Below the pieces are notes generated by a model. The model worked only from the letters and a program-made list of their open reading frames with translations, was not told where the DNA came from and searched no databases. Positions 57,102 through 64,000 of a DNA stretch of 64,000 nucleotides are shown here, one piece after another; position 1 is the first letter of the stretch; every line of letters starts with the position of its first letter. The stretch is from Flavobacteriales bacterium UBA720. GTDB lineage: Bacteria > Bacteroidota > Bacteroidia > Flavobacteriales > Weeksellaceae. The stretch is taken from the NCBI GenBank assembly GCA_002297505.1, contig DBLQ01000110.1, positions 6,569 to 70,568 on the forward strand. The letters run 5' to 3'. The translations under genes were made by a program, and so were the position numbers.

Positions 57102-58280
57102 TTATTGAACAATAATTTTTTTCGTTAATTGTTTCTCGCCAGAAATCACCTTGGCCAGATAAACGCCGGGCTGCAGATGGGTGATGTCAATTTGAGATTG
57201 ATTTTCCAGATTTAGTAGCTGTTTTCCGCTCATGTCGGAAATTTCAACTTTAAATTGCTTAATGCTGTCATCAATTTTTAAATTCAAAATTGTACTCGCA
57301 GGATTAGGGTAGAAGTCAATGGATTCCGAGGATTTTGAAACCAAATCTTCTGCAGCCAAAGTCACCTTGGATGCCACGGCAAAATGCTGCACAGCTCCCA
57401 CGACGGCTTTGCCAATGTTGAAAACATAGACGGGATCCATATTAACCAACAAGTCATTGGCTGTGTGTACAAAAGGATTGTTGTAACCACCCTCATATTC
57501 CCAGTAGCCGGTAATGACTTCTCCATTCAGCTGAAAAGGAACATAATCCGTGCTTTCTGCCGGATCAAAATCCACAGCTAACGGAGAGTAGAGCAGGGTG
57601 CAGTTCGCCAGTTCCTGCACGGCGATGGCTGCTGCGGCATTATTGCTGGCTGGGTTGCTCTGATCTTTGTCGTGATAAAGTTTGGTATTCGCTTTAGTCG
57701 CCAGTCCACCTACCTGATCCAGATTGATCACCAATTTAATGTCCATTTTCGGATTGGTTCCGTTCACGATTTGAGAAACATATCTCGAGCTTCCCAAGAG
57801 CCCCTGCTCCTCGCCGGAAAAGTGGATGAACTTGATTGAATATTCAGTAGGAATATCTTTTAAAATTCTTGCGATTTCCAAGATAATAGAAGTGCCACTT
57901 CCATTGTCATTGGTCCCTGGCCCATTGATAGAATCAAAATGACCACAAACGATGACGAATTTATTCGGATACAATGTTCCGGTTTTTGTTACGACCAGGT
58001 TTTTTGAAGATAATCCATTGGCTGTCCAGGAATGTTCGAAAAAATCGGAAGCAGTATAGCCTAGCGTTGTATATTTATTTTTAAGCCAATTGAAAGTATT
58101 GGTGTTCTGAGTTGTTCCAGTCCTTTTTACGCCTAGATTTTCAAATTCTTGTAAATACGTATGGATATTGGTCGGGGAGACCAGATTCGCTCTGTCCTGG
58201 TAAGCCTGCACGAAGGTCTGGGCTTTCGGAAATAATGCAGTCAAAACTGCAGTCAACAAGAAAATGGATTTTCTTAACAT
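57102..58280 (-). CDS. M28 family peptidase with T9SS type A CTD
   Basis: GHFDS, GTNDNGSG, FSGEEQGLLGS; C-terminal FYPNPAS..LQPGVYL..KKIIVQ. Confidence 0.92.
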   Translation of the reverse strand: MLRKSIFLLTAVLTALFPKAQTFVQAYQDRANLVSPTNIHTYLQEFENLGVKRTGTTQNTNTFNWLKNKYTTLGYTASDFFEHSWTANGLSSKNLVVTKTGTLYPNKFVIVCGHFDSINGPGTNDNGSGTSIILEIARILKDIPTEYSIKFIHFSGEEQGLLGSSRYVSQIVNGTNPKMDIKLVINLDQVGGLATKANTKLYHDKDQSNPASNNAAAAIAVQELANCTLLYSPLAVDFDPAESTDYVPFQLNGEVITGYWEYEGGYNNPFVHTANDLLVNMDPVYVFNIGKAVVGAVQHFAVASKVTLAAEDLVSKSSESIDFYPNPASTILNLKIDDSIKQFKVEISDMSGKQLLNLENQSQIDITHLQPGVYLAKVISGEKQLTKKIIVQ

Positions 58281-58358
58281 TAGGATTTAAATTTTGCCAA
58301 AAATAAAAAAATCCCGAGATATTTCTCAGGATTTTATATTGATAACAAAGATTTGTAA

Positions 58359-58703
58359 TTATTTTACTTGATCTACAACAGCTTTGAAAGCTTCAGGATG
58401 GTTCATTGCAAGATCTGCAAGAACTTTTCTGTTCAGCTCGATGTTGTTTTTCTTAAGAGCTCCCATAAACTGAGAGTAAGACATTCCGTGCTCTCTGGCA
58501 CCAGCGTTGATACGTGTTACCCAAAGGCTTCTGAAATTTCTCTTTTTCTCTTTTCTGCCACGGTAAGCATATTGCATTGCTTTTTCTACCGCGTTTTTAG
58601 CTACAGTCCAAACATTTTTTCTTCTACCGAAAAAACCTTTAGCTTGCTTAAGTACTTTTTTTCTGCGCGCTCTGGACGCTACAGCGTTTACTGATCTAGG
58701 CAT
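58359..58703 (-). CDS. rplT: 50S ribosomal protein L20
   Basis: [32 protein letters not shown]. Confidence 0.98.
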   Translation of the reverse strand: MPRSVNAVASRARRKKVLKQAKGFFGRRKNVWTVAKNAVEKAMQYAYRGRKEKKRNFRSLWVTRINAGAREHGMSYSQFMGALKKNNIELNRKVLADLAMNHPEAFKAVVDQVK

Positions 58704-58820
58704 AATGTTAATTGTTTTTTTGAAGTGGGCGGCAATAGTTTCATTGCACTTAGTAGCACCATTTCAGGGTTAAAATTTTGAATTTGTTCGAATTCTTATA
58801 AACCGAAAGATTTATAAAAA

Positions 58821-59018
58821 CTACTTAATTGCTAATTGTCTCAAAACACTTTTCGTGTCCACAGCAGCAACGTAAGAAGTTTGCGTTAGATTTCTCTTTT
58901 GCTTAGTTTCTTTCTTTGTCAAGATGTGGCTTTTGAAAGCATTCTTTCTTTTGATCTTTCCGGTTCCGGTAAGAGCAAAACGCTTTTTAGCACCTGATTT
59001 CGTTTTTAATTTTGGCAT
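58821..59018 (-). CDS. rpmI: 50S ribosomal protein L35
   Basis: [26 protein letters not shown]. Confidence 0.98.
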   Translation of the reverse strand: MPKLKTKSGAKKRFALTGTGKIKRKNAFKSHILTKKETKQKRNLTQTSYVAAVDTKSVLRQLAIK

Positions 59019-59088
59019 TGTTCTGCTTTTTATGGTTTGTTATCAATATTTTAGGTATCAGCTATTAGCTTAGGGCTATTAGCATTTT

Positions 59089-59218
59089 GGGCGTGTCCCT
59101 CATTCGCTCATTCCGCTGCGCTGCATTCGCTCATTCGGGTCGGGCTATCCATTACAAGTCCTCGCACAGCCGCATCATCCGCCGCCTGCTGTGGGCTTTT
59201 CATTACTATCCCTCACGC
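59089..59218 (-). ncRNA. Structured repeat/ncRNA resembling the Flavo-1 motif
   Basis: Minus strand GCGTGAGGGATAG..AAAGCCCACAGC...GCGAGGACTTGTAATGGATAGCCCGACCC; GC-rich segment within an AT-rich spacer. Family name is from recall, not a search. Confidence 0.5.
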
Positions 59219-59313
59219 AATTAAGTCTGCAAAAGTACAAAAAAATGTTGAAAACAGAAAAACAAAAAACCTCAAATTAAATCTGAGGTCTCTTATAATC
59301 GGTATTCGTGATC

Positions 59314-59877
59314 TTATTTTGCAGGCTTCTTAGGGCTCATCATCATAATCATCCTTTTTCCTTCCAGTTTAGGAAGTTGGTCTACTTTTCCTACGTGTTC
59401 CAAATCCTGAGCCAGCTTCAGAAGAAGAATCTCTCCCTGATCTTTGAAAACGATAGAACGTCCTTTGAAGAAAACATAGGTTTTCAGTTTAGAACCTTCC
59501 TCCAGGAATTTCTCGGCATGCTTCTTCTTGAACTCATAATCGTGATCATCCGTCTGTGGTCCAAACCGTATTTCTTTCACTACGACTTTCACCTGCTTCG
59601 CCTTCAGTTCCTTTTGTTTTTTCTTCTGCTCGTAAAGGAATTTTTTGTAATCCAGAATTCGCGAGATGTAAGGCTCTGCCTTGTCCGAGATTACCACAAG
59701 GTCCAGCTCCTGCTGTCTTGCAATCTCCAAAGCTTTAGACAGTGGATATACACCGGGTTCAACATTGTCTCCCACCAGGCGTACTTCCTTGGCACGGATT
59801 TTCTCGTTGATTTGATGAAGGTCTTCCTGGACTGGACGTCTCATCGGACCTCTGCTGTTGTTTCTTTTTAGTGCTAT
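59314..59877 (-). CDS. infC: Translation initiation factor IF-3 (probable AUA start)
   Basis: [31 protein letters not shown]; in-frame ATA at 59877 extends the track ORF by 11 codons. Confidence 0.95.
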   Translation of the reverse strand: MALKRNNSRGPMRRPVQEDLHQINEKIRAKEVRLVGDNVEPGVYPLSKALEIARQQELDLVVISDKAEPYISRILDYKKFLYEQKKKQKELKAKQVKVVVKEIRFGPQTDDHDYEFKKKHAEKFLEEGSKLKTYVFFKGRSIVFKDQGEILLLKLAQDLEHVGKVDQLPKLEGKRMIMMMSPKKPAK

Positions 59878-59915
59878 GGTTTTAAAATTTTAAAATTAAT
59901 AATCTATGATTAAGG

Positions 59916-61859
59916 CTAGTGGCTGCCACCCAATTCAAAGGTTGGCTTGGCCTGCTCCTTGAAATAGCTGATAAATCCATCAATTGACATCTCTCCAAGG
60001 TCGCCTTCGCCTCTTCTTCTAACAGAAACTGTACCATTGTTCTCCTCATTTTCGCCCACGATGAGCATAAACGGAAGCTTTTTCAATTCGGCATCCCGAA
60101 TTTTCTTGCCTGTTTTTTCGTTTCTGTCGTCTATCAGTCCACAAATATCGTGATTTTCCAATAATTGTGAAACTTTTTTTGCATAATCTCCAAACTTTTC
60201 ACTGATCGGCAATATCGTGAATTGCTCAGGGCTCAGCCATAACGGAAAATCGCCCGCTGTGTTTTCTATCAGAATTGCGATGAATCGTTCCATAGAGCCG
60301 AATGGCGCTCTGTGAATCATCACCGGACGGTGTTTCTCATTGTCATTCCCGGTGTACCAGAGGTCAAAACGCTCCGGTAAATTGTAGTCTACCTGAATGG
60401 TTCCCAGCTGCCAGCTTCTGCCCAAAGCATCCTTTACCATGAAGTCCAGTTTAGGACCGTAGAAAGCGGCTTCGCCATATTCTGTCACCGTTTTCAGACC
60501 TTTGGATTTTGCGGCAGTCACGATAGCGTTTTCTGCTTTTTCCCAATTCTCGTCGGAACCGATATATTTGGATCTGTTTTCCGGATCACGAAGGGAAATC
60601 TGAGCTGTAAAGTCGGCAAAACCTAATGAACCGAAAACGTAGAGAACCAGGTCAATCACTTTTTCAAATTCCTGTAACAATTGATCCGGCGTACAGAAAA
60701 GATGCGCATCATCCTGAGTAAAACCACGAACCCTTGTCAAACCGTGCAACTCGCCGGATTGCTCATATCTGTAAACAGTTCCGAATTCTGCATAACGTTT
60801 TGGCAAATCTTTGTAAGACCATTGCTGCGCTTTATAAATCTCGCAGTGGTGCGGGCAGTTCATTGGTTTCAACAAAAATTCTTCGCCTTCGTTCGGAGTT
60901 TTGATGGGCTGGAAGCTGTCTTCACCGTATTTTTCCCAGTGTCCGGAAGTGATATACAATTCTTTCGCGCCAATGTGCGGAGAGATCACGAATTCATAAC
61001 CTTGCTTTTTCTGAGCTTTGGAAAGGAATTCTTCCAGCTTTTTTCTCAACGCCGCACCTTTTGGCAGCCATAGCGGAAGACCTTGACCCACTTTTTCTGA
61101 AAATGCGAAAATGCCTAATTCTTTACCTAATTTTCTGTGATCTCGTCTTTTGGCTTCTTCTAATCTTTCAAGATATTCAGCCAATTCTTTTTGTTTAGGG
61201 AAAGATATTCCGTAAACTCTTGTCAGCTGAGGGTTTTTCTCATCGCCTCTCCAGTAAGCGCCAGCAGCATTTAGAATCTTAACTGCTTTTACAATGCCTG
61301 TGGAAGGAATGTGACCACCTCTGCAAAGGTCTGTGAAATTATCGTGCGTTACAAAAGTGATCTCGCCGTCCGGCAGGTTCTCGATCAATTCAGTCTTGAA
61401 AGGATTGTCTGCATATTCTTTCAGTGCATCTGCTTTGGAAACTTCACGAAGGTTGAATGTTGAGTTTTTCTTGGCGTTTTCCAGGATTTTTTTCTCCAGT
61501 TTCTCAAAGTCATTCTCGGACAAAGGTTTTCCTCCGAAATCCACATCGTAGTAAAAACCGTTGGCAATTGCCGGACCGATGGTCAGTTTGGCATCAGGAT
61601 AAAATTCCATAATCGCCTGCGCCAGAAGGTGTGCGGACGAATGCCAGAATGCTTTTTTCCCCATATCGTCATTCCACGTGAGAAGCTGCACGGTAGAATC
61701 CTCGGTGATGGTGGTGTCTACCTCGGTCTGTTTCCCGTTTACGACGGCAGAAATGGTGTTTCTTGCCAAACCGTCACTGATACTTTGTGCAACTTGCAAT
61801 GGAGTAACTGCTCCTTCATATTCTCTGATGCTACCATCAGGAAGTGTAATTTTTAGCAT
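59916..61859 (-). CDS. thrS: Threonine--tRNA ligase
   Basis: TGS domain, [37 protein letters not shown]. Confidence 0.99.
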   Translation of the reverse strand: MLKITLPDGSIREYEGAVTPLQVAQSISDGLARNTISAVVNGKQTEVDTTITEDSTVQLLTWNDDMGKKAFWHSSAHLLAQAIMEFYPDAKLTIGPAIANGFYYDVDFGGKPLSENDFEKLEKKILENAKKNSTFNLREVSKADALKEYADNPFKTELIENLPDGEITFVTHDNFTDLCRGGHIPSTGIVKAVKILNAAGAYWRGDEKNPQLTRVYGISFPKQKELAEYLERLEEAKRRDHRKLGKELGIFAFSEKVGQGLPLWLPKGAALRKKLEEFLSKAQKKQGYEFVISPHIGAKELYITSGHWEKYGEDSFQPIKTPNEGEEFLLKPMNCPHHCEIYKAQQWSYKDLPKRYAEFGTVYRYEQSGELHGLTRVRGFTQDDAHLFCTPDQLLQEFEKVIDLVLYVFGSLGFADFTAQISLRDPENRSKYIGSDENWEKAENAIVTAAKSKGLKTVTEYGEAAFYGPKLDFMVKDALGRSWQLGTIQVDYNLPERFDLWYTGNDNEKHRPVMIHRAPFGSMERFIAILIENTAGDFPLWLSPEQFTILPISEKFGDYAKKVSQLLENHDICGLIDDRNEKTGKKIRDAELKKLPFMLIVGENEENNGTVSVRRRGEGDLGEMSIDGFISYFKEQAKPTFELGGSH

Positions 61860-62011
61860 AATGGTTTAAAAATATTGTCAGCAAATTTACGAATTTCTGA
61901 GAAAGCGGCAACGTACTAATTTAGCAAGAGAAATCATGTACAAAAAAATAAGGACCGGAAAATTCCAGCCCTTATTCTTAAGTAAAGTTATATATCAGGA
62001 TGTTTGGTTTT

Positions 62012-62509
62012 TTAATCTTTTGCGCCCTGAGAGTCCATCTCATCGGACATTCCTTTTTCTGGTCTGTACGCCGCTTTTCTCTCGTCCGTAAAGTACAGGT
62101 CATTTTTTGCTTTAGCAATAATTCTTGCCCGGGTCGATTCGGAGATTGGATACTCATGATGCGTGTCGGGATATTTTTCGGATAAGTAGCTTCTTGTTTT
62201 TTCTTCCACGTCAATGGCGCCGTTCTCATCCAGGATTCTTTTGGCAGCATTGGCATCGTCTTCCTCTTCGGCATACACCGTCACAGTATGGCTGTCTATG
62301 CTTGCATATTCATAGCGGTCTTTTTCTACGACGTCGCGGTCAAACAGCCAGTCAAAAAATCCGGCTTTCCTGTCGGTATCAACTTTTTCCAAAGCTTCTA
62401 CCTCGGACGTGGAGATGGTGTAATCATATAGTCCGGCTTCTTCCAGTTTTCTCACCACATCGCGGCTTTCTGTTTCGTTGGGAAAAATCCCGATAATCGT
62501 GTAAGACAT
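62012..62509 (-). CDS. Hypothetical protein (general-stress/YflT-like N-terminus)
   Basis: IIGIFPN..VVRKLEEAG and GFFDWLF; paralog of the next gene. Confidence 0.7.
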   Translation of the reverse strand: MSYTIIGIFPNETESRDVVRKLEEAGLYDYTISTSEVEALEKVDTDRKAGFFDWLFDRDVVEKDRYEYASIDSHTVTVYAEEEDDANAAKRILDENGAIDVEEKTRSYLSEKYPDTHHEYPISESTRARIIAKAKNDLYFTDERKAAYRPEKGMSDEMDSQGAKD

Positions 62510-62663
62510 AATGTTATTTTTTGATGTTAATATTGGTGCTGAGAACTAAACAAAAATTATGGCAGATTAACAGCTTCACCGGATTTTAACTTAATTTTAA
62601 TATTTGAACAAAAAAAGCTCCTGAGTGGGTCAGGAGCCAATTGAGAACATTTAACAAAAGAAT

Positions 62664-63125
62664 CTACCAATTCACCGTTCCAGAACCGTCCAGTTCCTCA
62701 CGATGCTGATGGATCCAATGCGGTTTCCTGTCATTCACAAAGAACAGACTGTTTCTCGCTTTTGTCAGTATTCTGGCACTTTGGTCTGCAGGCTTGTAAA
62801 GAAGAGAATTATTTTTATCCATAGCGTGATTTCTGATGATGAGATCTGTGGCACCCAGGTTCTGAAGCATATTCTTAGCCCGCTGCGCCTGTGATGTGTT
62901 CTGAACTTTCAGCGTAATTGAAATATTGTCCTGATAAGAAATGGGCGAACTGTCTTCCAGGTCCAGAAACCAATTCCAGAAGCCATTCTTTTTTTCTACT
63001 TCCGATTCTGTTTCCGCATGAGATGGCGAAACGGAATAATCGTAGTAACCTGCGCTTTTCAAATTTTCCAGGACTTTGTCAACTTCCACCTGATTGGGAA
63101 AAAGTCCTATAACGAGATAAGACAT
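62664..63125 (-). CDS. Hypothetical protein, paralog of 62012-62509
   Basis: VIGLFPN..VLENLKSAG, GFWNWFL, ARILTKARNSLFF. Confidence 0.7.
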   Translation of the reverse strand: MSYLVIGLFPNQVEVDKVLENLKSAGYYDYSVSPSHAETESEVEKKNGFWNWFLDLEDSSPISYQDNISITLKVQNTSQAQRAKNMLQNLGATDLIIRNHAMDKNNSLLYKPADQSARILTKARNSLFFVNDRKPHWIHQHREELDGSGTVNW

Positions 63126-63282
63126 AACTAGGAAATTTTAAGTGAGACAAACGAATCAAACACAGTGAAAATCCTACTTGATACTGTTGGATTTCCTGAA
63201 ATAAATTTAAAATTAATTTTTGAAATTAACAAAAATTCCTCCCAAAATTTGAGAGGAATTGATAATTTTATTGGCAAGCTGT

Positions 63283-63462
63283 CTATTCATCGGTGTTATC
63301 CGTTTTGCCATCTTCATTGACGTCGGAACTTTCTTTAACATCTTCTTTATCAATGTCTGGCGGATTTTTCTTGTCCGATGCAGCAGGGATATTTTTGAAG
63401 TCTTCATTCTGCTTCTCGTTTTCTGCAGAATTGTTGTTTTCGATTTTTTTATCAGATTCCAT
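63283..63462 (-). CDS. 59-aa acidic hydrophilic protein; not in the ORF track
   Basis: MESDKKIENNNSAENEKQNEDFKNIPAASDKKNPPDIDKEDVKESSDVNEDGKTDNTDE*; starts 11 bp after the upstream stop. Confidence 0.55.
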   Translation of the reverse strand: MESDKKIENNNSAENEKQNEDFKNIPAASDKKNPPDIDKEDVKESSDVNEDGKTDNTDE

Positions 63463-63473
63463 AACTTAGATTT

Positions 63474-64000
63474 TTATAATTCTTTGGAAGAAAATGTGTT
63501 CGTTTTGTCTTCCACCGAATAATGCAAGGCTTTTGCCAAAACAAAAATTTCGTTCAGATTATCTTTCAGCTGCTTTTTGCTTTCCTGTTTCAGTTGATTC
63601 TGATTGACACTCTTGACCATATTTTTCTTGGCCGATTCCATAATTCCGTTGATGTCTTTCTGTTTGAATCTGTTCACGGCATAATCATCCATAAAATGGA
63701 TTTTGACATCCGGAAAAATCTTGATTTCAGGCTGAGGAAGTTTGTCAATAATCAATTTCTTATTCACGGTATCTACATCGATTTTCATTTTCTTCAGATC
63801 GTAAGAAACCTGTGCTTTTGCAGTCGTGTAAAGCACCATTTCTCGCGGCAGAATATCGAATCCTGCGATGCTGGCTGCAGAACTTTTGTGCGTCTGGAAG
63901 CTGGAAAAATCCTGTTCCAGAACCACCAGTTTGTTCATCTTCTGGATTTGATTGGTAATCAGATAATAATCCTGATTTACCATTGCACCTTCCTCCTTTT
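63474..64000 (-). CDS. DUF4230-like protein (5' end beyond the window)
   Basis: QIQKMNKLVVLE, AKAQVSYDLKKMKI..LPQPEI pattern. Confidence 0.7.
   Translation of the reverse strand, partial: KEEGAMVNQDYYLITNQIQKMNKLVVLEQDFSSFQTHKSSAASIAGFDILPREMVLYTTAKAQVSYDLKKMKIDVDTVNKKLIIDKLPQPEIKIFPDVKIHFMDDYAVNRFKQKDINGIMESAKKNMVKSVNQNQLKQESKKQLKDNLNEIFVLAKALHYSVEDKTNTFSSKEL

Noticed and set aside
63213..63407. 64-aa minus-strand ORF
   Set aside because: Overlaps the better-positioned 59-aa ORF at 63283-63462 in another frame.

Overview
Chromosomal window from a Bacteroidota flavobacterium, most likely Weeksellaceae (Chryseobacterium/Epilithonimonas-like). This is inferred from SusC/SusD pairs, T9SS cargo proteins, TAnnTTTG promoters and an atp operon lacking atpD/atpC. 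Core genes: pyk (partial), rnc, fabF, acpP, folE, cysS, a GH77 glucanotransferase, ferritin, an AddA-like helicase-nuclease, rnhB, ffh, atpI-B-E-F-H-A-G, clpS and thrS-infC-rpmI-rplT. Three accessory blocks stand out. (1) An AT-rich ABC-ATPase plus TOPRIM-like gene pair between folE and cysS is a candidate defence module. (2) A dinB-dnaE2 mutagenesis cassette faces a short XRE repressor and an AlkB that starts with a clamp-binding-type motif. (3) A ~6.2 kb block is bounded by a duplicated 32-bp terminator. It carries an XRE gene, an uncharacterised helical protein followed by a phased 21/42-bp degenerate repeat array, three palindromic operator-like boxes, and a double-glycine bacteriocin-like cluster with a thioredoxin-fold protein and a C39-peptidase ABC exporter. 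No rRNA, tRNA, CRISPR-Cas, integrase or transposase was recognised. All family assignments come from motif reading, not database searches.
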